Source: an uncultured Bacillota bacterium
GTDB lineage: Bacteria; Bacillota_I; Bacilli_A; Erysipelotrichales; Erysipelotrichaceae
DNA: 38,344 nucleotides
Reading direction: 5' to 3'
Assembly (NCBI GenBank): GCA_949291625.1
Contig: CASEWY010000119.1
Span: forward strand, 1 to 38,344
Shown: in pieces, positions 26,568 to 35,434 of the stretch
Layout: every line of letters starts with the position of its first letter
Position numbering within the stretch: position 1 is the first letter of the stretch
The notes under the pieces: model-generated
Seen by the model: only the letters and a program-made list of their open reading frames with translations
What the model was told of the DNA's origin: nothing
Database searches by the model: none
Program-made: the position numbers and the translations under genes

Positions 26568-27158
26568 TTATTTTGCTTTGACTAAATCAAAAACTTCCTT
26601 TTTCATGACTTTATTTAAATCAAAATTACCATTTTGCATGCAAAAACTATAGAAATTAGCAATTATGCATTTTAATGTACTCCAAGCTAATTCTTCTTTA
26701 TAAACATCATTACGAATACTACCATCGTTTTGTCCTTGTTCAAGGATATTAAGAATAACTTTATAGTTAACACTATTTTGATCTAAAATTTCATCTACTT
26801 TATGATAGAGATAAATTCGAAAGACTTCTCGCAACCATGGGATTTCAATTTCTCCTAAAATTTCATATTGTCTATCTAAGTAAATTTCTAAATTTTCAAT
26901 TCCTGTCTTTTTATTTAATTGTGGAACAATTGTTTCTTGAGTATTAAAATAGCTTTTATGAATTTGATTAAATATAATATCATCTTTTGATTTAAAATGT
27001 TTATAATATGCACCAACAGAAATACCTGCACGTTGAGCAATTTCACGAATGGTAATAGCTTCATAATCTTTTTCATTAACCAAATCCTGAATGGCTTCTA
27101 GGATCTTTTGGTAAGTCTGTTGTTTTTGTTCTTCTCTAATTCCCATGTTTACCTCCAA
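26568..27158 (-). CDS. TetR/AcrR-family transcriptional regulator
   Basis: 196 aa with the HTH ITIREIAQRAGISVGAYYKHFKSKDDI. The RBS GGAGG immediately follows the upstream terminator hairpin. Confidence 0.88.
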   Translation of the reverse strand: MEVNMGIREEQKQQTYQKILEAIQDLVNEKDYEAITIREIAQRAGISVGAYYKHFKSKDDIIFNQIHKSYFNTQETIVPQLNKKTGIENLEIYLDRQYEILGEIEIPWLREVFRIYLYHKVDEILDQNSVNYKVILNILEQGQNDGSIRNDVYKEELAWSTLKCIIANFYSFCMQNGNFDLNKVMKKEVFDLVKAK

Positions 27159-27188
27159 AAAATAGAGCTATCTAATGATAGCTCTATT
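27157..27188 (-). terminator. Rho-independent terminator/attenuator between the flavin reductase and TetR genes
   Basis: The minus strand reads AATAGAGCTATC-ATTA-GATAGCTCTATT (12-bp perfect stem) running into TTTTTTGGAGG. It leaves no room for a separate TetR promoter downstream of it. Confidence 0.7.
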
Positions 27189-27214
27189 TTACATGAAATT
27201 TGACTATTTTAAAA

Positions 27215-28960
27215 CTATTGTTCTTGTGCAGCATTTGTTCCAGCAATGCGTCCAAAACGTACTGCAGAACCAATTGCTAAACCACAGCTAGGATATTCAT
27301 CACCAAATAAACCTGTAAATGCTACTTCACCAGCTGCATATAAACCAGGAATTGGATTATTTTCAGCATCTAATACTTGAGAATTTAAATCAGTAACTAG
27401 ACCACCGAATGTTACAGTAAAGGCTGGAGATAATTCAATAGCATATAATGTTCCTTCTACCGGAATCATGTATTCAGCAGGTTTATTGAATTCTGTATCT
27501 ACCCCATTTGCACACATTTCATTGTAGCGAGCTACTTGATCTGCAAATGTTTGAGGATCAACACCCATTAATTCAGCTAATTCTTCAGCTGTTTCAGCCT
27601 TAAGTGTAGAATCTAATGTCATAGCATATTGAACTGTTGGATATGGATCATTAGCAGAAGCAATATACCATGCTTTTTGTGAGCCATCATTAATTAAAGC
27701 AGTTGCAACATGTGATTGATATGTCCATTCATCAACAACACGAACACCACGATCATTGACGATTAATCCACTTTCTTCATTGATACCTACACCACTTGTA
27801 TTACTTACATAAACAGCTTGTGCTCCAGGTGCTTCAAATACTTGAGCGCCTACAGCTTCTGCCATCTTAACACCATCACCAACATTTCCTTTTGGTACCG
27901 TAGTATTATATTTTTCAATACCTAAATGAGCTGTCATTTCCCGATTTTGTGCATAACCACCTGTAGCAATGATAACTGCTTTCGCATTAACTGTAACTGT
28001 ATGACCACCTGGTAAGGTACCTACAACACCACTAGCTTTCCCTTCATTCATTAAAATCTCATTAACTGAAACATTGTAAACAATTTCAGATCCTGTCTCT
28101 TTGAAAGTATTATACAAAGGTACAGAAATTTGTCCACCATGACCACTTGTTTGGCCACCACCGCCTAATGTATTTATAACACGCCAAGGTGTAATAGAAG
28201 AATGAATAGGCTCTACGTTGATGATTTGAACTCCCATATCTGCTAGCCAATTAACATCTTCTAAAGCATTATCAGTAAATTCATGTAGTTTTTCATCATC
28301 GATTAAGTCACCGCCAACACCCTTTAAATAATCAAATAATGCGTCTGGAGTATCACCTGTGAAACCTTGTGCTTCTTGATATTTTGTACCAGCAGCTAAA
28401 AGCTTACCACCACTTAAAGTTGTGGCACCACCAATAATTCCTTGTTTTTCTAATACAACAACATCAGCACCGGCATTACTTGCTTCAATGGCTGCAGATA
28501 ATCCAGCAGCTCCAGCACCTACAACAACAACATCGGTATCCAATGTCAAATCTTGTTCATCACTAGCAACTTTCACTGCCTTTAATGCTTCAACATCGCC
28601 ACCAGCTTGTTCTACCGCATCACTAACGGCATTAAGAATTGCATTACTTGTAATTGTAGCACCTGTAACAGCATCCACACCCAATGATTGAGTTTCAACA
28701 ATTTTATTTGGCAATGTTTCAATTGGTGAAGTATCCAATCCATAACCAACGCCATAAGTTTCCGAATGATTTTTTACTACAACACTTTCAATGGCATTCT
28801 CACTGAATGTCACTTCTACTTCTACATCCCCATTCATACCTCTAGTAGTTGCTGTATAAGTACCAGCTGTATAGTTGGCTGCCTTAGTTTGAGTATTTGA
28901 GCACGCAACCAAACTAATTGTCATGAATGCAGAAAGTAATAAAATAATTCCTTTTTTCAT
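27215..28960 (-). CDS. secreted lipoprotein: FMN_bind (flavinylation) domain fused to an FAD-dependent fumarate-reductase/KstD-superfamily reductase, substrate unknown
   Basis: 581 aa. It has the lipobox MKKGIILLLSAFMTISLVAC, an ApbE-type flavinylation motif GVDAVTGATITS, an FAD dinucleotide fold VVVVGAGAAGLSAAIEA and a C-terminal GLYAAGEVAFTG. Confidence 0.85.
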   Translation of the reverse strand: MKKGIILLLSAFMTISLVACSNTQTKAANYTAGTYTATTRGMNGDVEVEVTFSENAIESVVVKNHSETYGVGYGLDTSPIETLPNKIVETQSLGVDAVTGATITSNAILNAVSDAVEQAGGDVEALKAVKVASDEQDLTLDTDVVVVGAGAAGLSAAIEASNAGADVVVLEKQGIIGGATTLSGGKLLAAGTKYQEAQGFTGDTPDALFDYLKGVGGDLIDDEKLHEFTDNALEDVNWLADMGVQIINVEPIHSSITPWRVINTLGGGGQTSGHGGQISVPLYNTFKETGSEIVYNVSVNEILMNEGKASGVVGTLPGGHTVTVNAKAVIIATGGYAQNREMTAHLGIEKYNTTVPKGNVGDGVKMAEAVGAQVFEAPGAQAVYVSNTSGVGINEESGLIVNDRGVRVVDEWTYQSHVATALINDGSQKAWYIASANDPYPTVQYAMTLDSTLKAETAEELAELMGVDPQTFADQVARYNEMCANGVDTEFNKPAEYMIPVEGTLYAIELSPAFTVTFGGLVTDLNSQVLDAENNPIPGLYAAGEVAFTGLFGDEYPSCGLAIGSAVRFGRIAGTNAAQEQ

Positions 28961-28981
28961 TTAAATTTGCTCCTTCATTTC

Positions 28982-28997
28982 AGTAAACATGTTCACT
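28982..28997. promoter_or_regulatory. 16-bp near-palindrome in the reductase 5' UTR (candidate TetR operator)
   Basis: The minus strand reads AGTGAACATGTTTACT (14/16 self-complementary, centred on CATG). It lies between the putative -10 and the RBS GAAGGAG. Confidence 0.4.
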
Positions 28998-29005
28998 ATG
29001 TTTTA

Positions 29006-29033
29006 ATTATACTATATGTGAAAAAATTTACAA
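29006..29033 (-). promoter_or_regulatory. putative reductase promoter (TTGTAA-16-TATAAT) overlapped by a Rex-like box
   Basis: The minus strand reads TTGTAAATTTTTTCACATATAGTATAAT. TTGTAAA-TTTT-TTCACAT (29016..29033) matches TTGTGAA-N4-TTCACAA at 12/14 positions. Confidence 0.4.
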
Positions 29034-29116
29034 GTGAAAAAAGCATTTTTAACAATAAATTACTTATTAATGATTTTCTAATATTCTTACATTAATATTA
29101 TGTCCATAAAATGATA

Positions 29117-29142
29117 TAAGCGAGCAAATTAATGCCCGCTTA
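29117..29142 (-). terminator. probable terminator of ppdK
   Basis: The minus strand reads TAAGCGGGC-ATTAATTT-GCTCGCTTA (9 bp including one G.U) followed by TATCATTTTAT. The U-tract is interrupted, so confidence is only moderate. Confidence 0.45.
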
Positions 29143-29175
29143 TACAAGGTGTGTGTGAAATATATAAACAAATAA

Positions 29176-31815
29176 TTACTTTTCTCTTTCTTCTTTAATA
29201 GCAGCTTGAGCAGCAGCTAAACGTGCAATTGGTACACGGAAAGGACTACAAGATACATAATTTAAGCCAACACGATGACAGAATTCAATAGTTGAAGGAT
29301 CTCCACCATGTTCACCACAGATACCCAATTTAATATCTGGACGAGTCTTACGGCCTAATTCAGCAGCCATTTTAACCAATTTACCAACACCATGTTGATC
29401 TAATTTAGCAAATGGATCTTGTTCATAGATTTTCTTTTCATAATAATCATTTAAGAAGTTTCCAGCATCATCACGAGAGAAGCCAAAAGTCATTTGTGTT
29501 AAGTCATTAGTTCCAAATGAGAAGAATTCAGCTTCTTCAGCAATTTCATCAGCCAATAATGCAGCACGAGGAATTTCAATCATAGTACCTACTTTATACT
29601 CAATCTTAACTCCATTAGCTTCCATTACTTCTTCAGCCTTTTTAACAACAACATCTTTAACATACTTCAATTCATTCTTATCACCAACTAATGGAATCAT
29701 AATTTCAGGATGAATATCATATTCTGGATGTTTCTTATTTACATTAATTGCAGCTTGAATAACTGCTTCAGTTTGCATTTCAGCAATTTCTGGGTAAGTA
29801 ACAGCTAAACGACATCCACGATGACCCATCATTGGGTTAAATTCATGTAATGAAGCTACAACATTTCTTAATTCGCTCAATTCAATATTCATTTCTTCAG
29901 CTAATTGCGCAATATCACTAGATGATGTAGGTAAGAATTCATGTAGAGGTGGATCTAAGTAACGAATTGTTACAGGCAATCCTTTCATAACCTCATAAAT
30001 AGCTTCGAAATCACCTTGTTGCATTGGTAATAATTTAGCCAAAGCTTTCTTTCTTTGTTCAGTAGTTTTAGAAACAATCATTTCTCTAACTGCTTTAATA
30101 CGATTAGCTTCAAAGAACATATGTTCAGTTCTAATCAAGCCAATACCTTGGGCACCAAATTCAACAGCTTGAGCAGCATCTTTTGGTGTATCTGCATTAG
30201 TTCTAACTTGTAATTTTCTTGTAGCATCTGCCCAACTCATAAATCTTTCAAAATGACCGCTAATCTTAGCAGGAACTGTTTTAATAGCAGTACCATATAC
30301 ATTACCTGTTGAACCATCTAAAGAGATATAATCGCCTTCTTTAAATGTTTGATTACCTACTTTAAAAGTTTTAGCAGTTTCATCAATACTTACATCACCA
30401 CATCCCGAAACACAACATGTTCCCATACCACGAGCAACTACTGCTGCATGGCTAGTCATACCACCTCTAACGGTTAAAATACCTTGAGAAACATGCATAC
30501 CTTCGATATCTTCTGGTGAAGTTTCTAATCTAACTAATACTACTTTACGACCATCTTGTGCAGCTTTAATTGCATCTTCAGCATTAAATACAATTTCACC
30601 ACATGCAGCACCTGGACTAGCAGCTAAACCTGTAGTTAATACTTTAGCTTTAGCAAGTTCACTAGCATCAAATTGCGGATGTAACAATGAATCTAATTGT
30701 TTAGGATCAACCATCATTAAAGCATCTTTTTCATCAATTAAGCCTTCATCTACTAAATCACAAGCAATTTTCAAAGCAGCAGCTGCAGTACGTTTACCAT
30801 TACGTGTTTGCAACATATATAATTTTTCATTTTCAATAGTAAATTCCATATCTTGCATATCACGATAATGTTTTTCCAAACGATCGCAAATATCAACAAA
30901 TTGATTATATGCATTTGGCATAATTTCTTGTAATTTACTAATTGGACTTGGTGTACGAATACCCGCAACTACATCTTCACCTTGCGCATTCATCAAGAAT
31001 TCACCAAACAATTTCTTTTCTCCTGTAGCTGGATTTCTTGTGAAAGCAACGCCAGTACCACAAGTATCTCCCATATTACCAAATACCATCATTTGTACAT
31101 TGACAGCTGTTCCCCAACTACTAGGAATATCATTCATCTTACGATAGAAAATAGCTCTAGGGTTATTCCAAGATCTAAATACTGCTTCAATAGCTTTTTC
31201 CAATTGAACTTTTGGATCAGTTGGGAAATCTTCATTTAAATTTTCACGATAGAATTTTTTAAATAAATCTACCATTTCTTTAAGATCATCCGCATCTAAT
31301 TCAGTATCTAATTTAACATTTTTCTTAGCTTTTATATCATCTATAATTTCTTCAAAACGGCTCTTAGGTAATCCCATTACAACATCAGCGAACATTTGAA
31401 TAAAACGACGATAACTATCATAAGCAAAACGAGGATTATTAGTCTTTGAAGCTATAACTTCAACTACATCATCATTAATACCTAAATTTAAAATAGTATC
31501 CATCATACCTGGCATACTAGCACGAGCACCACTTCTAACTGATACTAATAAAGGATTTTCTTTACTACCTAATTTCTTACCTGTTGTTTCTTCCAAATAA
31601 GCAACATGTTCAAAGATTTCCTTTTTAATCGTTTCATTAATAGTTTCGTTGTCTTCATAATATTGATTACAAGCTTCAGTAGTTACTGTAAAGCCATTAG
31701 GAACTGGCATACCCAATGATGTCATCTCAGCAAGGTTTGCACCTTTACCACCAAGAAGTTCACGCATTTTACCATTTCCTTCAGTAAAATTATAAACAAA
31801 TTTCTTATTGCTCAT
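29176..31815 (-). CDS. ppdK: pyruvate, phosphate dikinase
   Basis: 879 aa with N-terminal GGKGANLAEM, the phospho-His loop GGMTSHAAVVARGMG and a C-terminal PEP/pyruvate domain (GICGEHGGDP). The RBS is GGGAGG. Confidence 0.96.
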   Translation of the reverse strand: MSNKKFVYNFTEGNGKMRELLGGKGANLAEMTSLGMPVPNGFTVTTEACNQYYEDNETINETIKKEIFEHVAYLEETTGKKLGSKENPLLVSVRSGARASMPGMMDTILNLGINDDVVEVIASKTNNPRFAYDSYRRFIQMFADVVMGLPKSRFEEIIDDIKAKKNVKLDTELDADDLKEMVDLFKKFYRENLNEDFPTDPKVQLEKAIEAVFRSWNNPRAIFYRKMNDIPSSWGTAVNVQMMVFGNMGDTCGTGVAFTRNPATGEKKLFGEFLMNAQGEDVVAGIRTPSPISKLQEIMPNAYNQFVDICDRLEKHYRDMQDMEFTIENEKLYMLQTRNGKRTAAAALKIACDLVDEGLIDEKDALMMVDPKQLDSLLHPQFDASELAKAKVLTTGLAASPGAACGEIVFNAEDAIKAAQDGRKVVLVRLETSPEDIEGMHVSQGILTVRGGMTSHAAVVARGMGTCCVSGCGDVSIDETAKTFKVGNQTFKEGDYISLDGSTGNVYGTAIKTVPAKISGHFERFMSWADATRKLQVRTNADTPKDAAQAVEFGAQGIGLIRTEHMFFEANRIKAVREMIVSKTTEQRKKALAKLLPMQQGDFEAIYEVMKGLPVTIRYLDPPLHEFLPTSSSDIAQLAEEMNIELSELRNVVASLHEFNPMMGHRGCRLAVTYPEIAEMQTEAVIQAAINVNKKHPEYDIHPEIMIPLVGDKNELKYVKDVVVKKAEEVMEANGVKIEYKVGTMIEIPRAALLADEIAEEAEFFSFGTNDLTQMTFGFSRDDAGNFLNDYYEKKIYEQDPFAKLDQHGVGKLVKMAAELGRKTRPDIKLGICGEHGGDPSTIEFCHRVGLNYVSCSPFRVPIARLAAAQAAIKEEREK

Positions 31816-31842
31816 ATTTTCCTCCCTATATTCACTAGATTG

Positions 31843-31871
31843 ATTATAACATTATCTTTGTCATTGGTAAA
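31843..31871 (-). promoter_or_regulatory. putative ppdK promoter (TTTACC-17-TGT-TATAAT, extended -10)
   Basis: The minus strand reads TTTACCAATGACAAAGATAATGTTATAAT, about 25 nt upstream of the RBS. Confidence 0.5.
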
Positions 31872-31878
31872 CTAAAAA

Positions 31879-31892
31879 TGTAATCGTTTTCA
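31879..31892. promoter_or_regulatory. catabolite-responsive element (cre) upstream of the ppdK promoter
   Basis: The minus strand reads TGAAAACGATTACA. It matches every constrained position of TGWAANCGNTNWCA (and WTGNAANCGNWNNCW with its flanking T/T). It begins 7 nt upstream of the -35 hexamer. Confidence 0.55.
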
Positions 31893-31919
31893 AAAAATTT
31901 TAATATAATTTACATAAAG

Positions 31920-31959
31920 AAAAAAAACCATAAATGTTAAATATTCTAACATCATGGTT
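31920..31959 (-). terminator. Rho-independent terminator of valS
   Basis: The minus strand reads AACCATGATGTTA-GAATATT-TAACATTTATGGTT (bulged stem) followed by T8. It begins 14 nt after the valS stop. Confidence 0.75.
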
Positions 31960-31972
31960 TGTTTTTAATCTT

Positions 31973-34579
31973 TTATTTATTTTCTAATTCCTTAAGACGA
32001 TTACATACCAAATTATATTGGTTTTGATAATTTACTAATTTCTTTTGTTCTTCTGCAACTTTTTCAGCAGGAGCTTTAGCTAAGAATTTTTCATTTGATA
32101 ACATATTTGTACTACGTTTAATTTCTGCTTCAAGTTTGATTTTTTCTTTATTAAATTTAGCTAGTTCTTCTTCTACATTGCATAAGGTATTACTTGCAAC
32201 ACTAATAAAACCATTATAAATTGGACGAATAGTTTTTTCTTCAGCAATAGAATCAACTAATGTACATTTAACCATTTTATTTAAAATATTTTTAATCTGA
32301 TCACTAACATTAATAATTGCATTATCATTATCTTGAAGCATTATTTCTAATGGAAAACTTGGTTTTAAACCATTTTCTACCTTTAATTCTCTTATAGTTT
32401 TAATCATAGAAATCAATTGTTCAACTTCTTCTTGAGTTTCAATATTATCTACAACATTTGGCCAAGTTTCTAAATTAATACTCTTTTTAGTATTAGGTAA
32501 AGCTTGATAAATTTCTTCGGTAACAAATGGCATAAATGGACTCAACATTTTAATAATTCCACTTAAAACAAAATATAATGTAGCTTGTGTAGCTTTTTTA
32601 ACATTTGGATTTATATCATTTAAATTTGATTTAGCTAGTTCAATATACCAACTACAAAAATCATCCCAAACAAAGCTATATAATTCATTACCAACTAAAG
32701 CAAATTCATATTTGTCCATATTAATATTAATATCATTCAAAGTTTGATTATAACGGCTTAAAATCCACTTATCGATATTAGATAATTCATAATCATTAAT
32801 TGAGTTAATATCAATATCATCACTTAAATTTAATAAGGTAAAGCGCGAAGCATTCCATATTTTATTAATAAAGTTCCAACTTGCTTCCACCTTTTCTTCG
32901 ATAAAACGCATATCTTGACCAGGTGTTGAATTAGTAGTTAAGAAGAATCTTAAAGAATCAACGCCATATTTATCAATAACATCCATTGGATCAATACCAT
33001 TACCTAAAGTTTTAGACATTTTTCTACCTTGGGCATCTCTAATTAATCCATGAATCAAGCAATCTTTAAATGGATAACTCTTAGTAAAATGGCGAGCTTG
33101 GAAGGCCATTCTTGCAACCCAGAAAAAGATAATATCATATCCTGTGACCATGGTATTTGTTGGATAATATCTTTTTAAGTCTTCAGTATCTTCAGGCCAT
33201 CCTAAAGTTGAAAAAGGCCACAAAGCACTTGAAAACCAAGTATCTAATACATCTTCATCTTGAACATAATTTTCAATATCTTTAGGTGGTTCATATTCGC
33301 AATAAATTTCATTAGTATCTTTATGATAATATACAGGAATTCTATGTCCCCACCAAAGCTGACGAGAAATACACCAGTCTTCAATATTTTCTAACCAATT
33401 AACAAAAGTTTTTTCAAAACGTTCAGGATAAAAATTAATCTTTTGTTCAGGATCATGTTGATTATTTAATACATCTTCGGCTAAAGGTTTCATTTTTACA
33501 AACCATTGTTTAGAAAGATATGGTTCTACAACTGCATTAGTTCTTTCTGAATGTCCAACTTGGTGAACAATTTCTTCAATTTTAACTAATTTACCTGCAG
33601 CTTTTATTTTTTCAGTAACCTTTTTGCGGCATTCATAACGATCCATTCCAGCAAATTCATTAGCTAATTCATTCATTGTTCCATCAGGATTCATACAAAT
33701 TGGCATTTCTAAATGATGACGTAATGCAATTTGATAATCATTAGGATCATGAGCAGGTGTACATTTCATCGCACCAGTACCAAATTCTATATCAATATAA
33801 TCATCCGCAATTATTGGTAATTGTTCACCATTAGCTGGGTTAATCGCATGTTTACCAATCATATCTTTATAACGAGGATCATCTGGATGTACAACAACGC
33901 AAACATCCCCAAACATTGTTTCAGGTCTAGTTGTTGCGATAGTAAAAGTTTGTTTAGTTTCCACACATTCATAATCAAAATAGAACATTTGTCCTTTATC
34001 TTCTTGGTGAATAACTTCAACATTACTTAATGCTGTCTTTGCCTCAGGATCCCAGTTAATAATACGATATCCCTGATATATTAATCCTTCTTTATATAAA
34101 TCAACAAATACCTTAGTTACCGCTTTATTTAAACCTTCATCAAGCGTAAATCTTTCCCTACTATAATCTAAGCTATTGCCTAATTTTGCCCATTGTTTAC
34201 GAATAAAATCAGAATATTCGTGTTTCCATTCCCAAGCTTTTTCTAGATATTTTTCTCTACCTAAATCATAACGGGAAATTCCTTGTTTTCTTAATCTTTC
34301 ATCTACTTTAGCTTGCGTTGCAATACCTGCATGATCCATTCCTGGAAGATATAACATATCATAGCCTTTTAATCTTTTATAACGTGAAATGATATCTTGT
34401 AAAGTATTATCCCAAGCATGGCCTAAATGTAACTTACCTGTTACATTTGGTGGAGGTATAACAATAGTAAAAGGATCCTTACTCTTATCTCCAGCCGTAA
34501 AATAACCTTCTTTAATCCAGGTATCATATTTTCCTTCTTCTACTTGTTTATGATTGTACTTTGCCTCTAATTCCTTCAT
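31973..34579 (-). CDS. valS: valine--tRNA ligase
   Basis: 868 aa with HIGH-type PPPNVTGKLHLGHA, a KMSKS motif (KMSKTLGN) and a C-terminal coiled coil. Confidence 0.97.
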   Translation of the reverse strand: MKELEAKYNHKQVEEGKYDTWIKEGYFTAGDKSKDPFTIVIPPPNVTGKLHLGHAWDNTLQDIISRYKRLKGYDMLYLPGMDHAGIATQAKVDERLRKQGISRYDLGREKYLEKAWEWKHEYSDFIRKQWAKLGNSLDYSRERFTLDEGLNKAVTKVFVDLYKEGLIYQGYRIINWDPEAKTALSNVEVIHQEDKGQMFYFDYECVETKQTFTIATTRPETMFGDVCVVVHPDDPRYKDMIGKHAINPANGEQLPIIADDYIDIEFGTGAMKCTPAHDPNDYQIALRHHLEMPICMNPDGTMNELANEFAGMDRYECRKKVTEKIKAAGKLVKIEEIVHQVGHSERTNAVVEPYLSKQWFVKMKPLAEDVLNNQHDPEQKINFYPERFEKTFVNWLENIEDWCISRQLWWGHRIPVYYHKDTNEIYCEYEPPKDIENYVQDEDVLDTWFSSALWPFSTLGWPEDTEDLKRYYPTNTMVTGYDIIFFWVARMAFQARHFTKSYPFKDCLIHGLIRDAQGRKMSKTLGNGIDPMDVIDKYGVDSLRFFLTTNSTPGQDMRFIEEKVEASWNFINKIWNASRFTLLNLSDDIDINSINDYELSNIDKWILSRYNQTLNDININMDKYEFALVGNELYSFVWDDFCSWYIELAKSNLNDINPNVKKATQATLYFVLSGIIKMLSPFMPFVTEEIYQALPNTKKSINLETWPNVVDNIETQEEVEQLISMIKTIRELKVENGLKPSFPLEIMLQDNDNAIINVSDQIKNILNKMVKCTLVDSIAEEKTIRPIYNGFISVASNTLCNVEEELAKFNKEKIKLEAEIKRSTNMLSNEKFLAKAPAEKVAEEQKKLVNYQNQYNLVCNRLKELENK

Positions 34580-34826
34580 TGTCTATATCCTTTCTAAAAA
34601 AAAGAAATTCATCCAAAGGACGAATTTCTCGTGGTACCACCTTAATTTACATAAAATATAAAATTTTATGCCTTTAAATCGTTAACGCCGATTAAACGAT
34701 CAAAACTACTAATATTTCACTTTGATAACTCCAAGACTACCTTCTTCTTACATTAATATCGTTTTTTCACCGACCAACGACTCTCTAATAATTAAGCGGT
34801 AAGAATACTCCTTCTTTTCAACGTTT
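34580..34826 (-). promoter_or_regulatory. T-box leader (Val specifier GUA) with terminator, controlling valS
   Basis: The minus strand has an AGAGAG box and a specifier region GAAG-GUA-G-UCUUGGAG (GTA at 34738..34740), the same register as the thrS leader. The T-box is AAGGTGGTACCACG (34630..34641). The terminator is AGAAATTCGTCC-TTT-GGATGAATTTCT plus T8 (34595..34629). Confidence 0.88.
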
Positions 34827-34832
34827 GTTTGT

Positions 34833-34860
34833 ATTATATCATAAATTAACAATTAAGCAA
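34833..34860 (-). promoter_or_regulatory. promoter of the valS leader (TTGCTT-16-TGA-TATAAT, extended -10)
   Basis: The minus strand reads TTGCTTAATTGTTAATTTATGATATAAT. The -35 overlaps the engB stop codon. Confidence 0.55.
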
Positions 34861-35434
34861 CATTTTCTAATATGGCACTCCATAATGCTTCTAATCCATA
34901 TCTAGTTTCACTAGAAAACATAAATAAAGATTTATCATTAATACCTAATGTTTCCTTGATAACTTTAAGATTTTTAACTCGTTCACTAGCTTTTACTTTA
35001 TCATATTTAGTCGCAACAACTATCACTTTAATATTAAAACTTTTAGCATATTCAATCATTTGAATATCATCTTTTGTAGGTTTATGACGCATATCAACAA
35101 TTTGTACCATAACTCTAAGTTGTTCACGCGTTGAAAAATAATCATCCATCATTTGCGCAAAAGCAATCAATTCTTGCTTGCTACGAGCAGCATAACCATA
35201 ACCTGGAGCATCTACTAGAACAAATTTTTCATCAATTTTGAAAAAATTTAATAAACGTGTTTTCCCAGGTTTACTACCTACATAAGCCAATTGTTTTCTA
35301 TTAACTAAAGTATTAATTAAACTAGATTTACCTACATTACTCCTACCTACCATTATTAATTCCGGTAAATTGCTTTGGGGGAATTGCTCTTTTTTTATAG
35401 CACTCCCTAAAAATTCAGTTTGATGAAATTGCAT
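34853..35434 (-). CDS. engB: ribosome-biogenesis GTPase EngB/YsxC (YihA)
   Basis: 193 aa with G1 GRSNVGKSSLIN, G3 DAPGYG and G4 TKYDK. The start overlaps the lon stop by 1 nt, the conserved lon-ysxC linkage. Confidence 0.93.
   Translation of the reverse strand: MQFHQTEFLGSAIKKEQFPQSNLPELIMVGRSNVGKSSLINTLVNRKQLAYVGSKPGKTRLLNFFKIDEKFVLVDAPGYGYAARSKQELIAFAQMMDDYFSTREQLRVMVQIVDMRHKPTKDDIQMIEYAKSFNIKVIVVATKYDKVKASERVKNLKVIKETLGINDKSLFMFSSETRYGLEALWSAILENVA

Noticed and set aside
27215-31815. The visibly more G+C-rich reductase and ppdK genes (also fucO and hydA/B) as horizontally acquired islands.
   Set aside because: The enrichment tracks Ala/Gly/Val-rich protein composition and probably high expression. 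Flanks show no repeats, tRNA or integrase, and I cannot compute GC or codon statistics here.
1414-35063. About twenty plus-strand ORFs of 60-127 aa in the supplied track (e.g. 1414-1635, 4291-4617, 14347-14730, 16575-16838, 24181-24471, 28422-28691, 30982-31239) and the minus-strand ORFs 8407-8616, 12840-13046 and 30771-30968.
   Set aside because: Each lies entirely inside, and antisense to or out of frame with, a long well-conserved gene. They have low-complexity or Ser/Leu/Ile-rich compositions typical of shadow ORFs in AT-rich DNA, with no RBS and no recognisable motifs.
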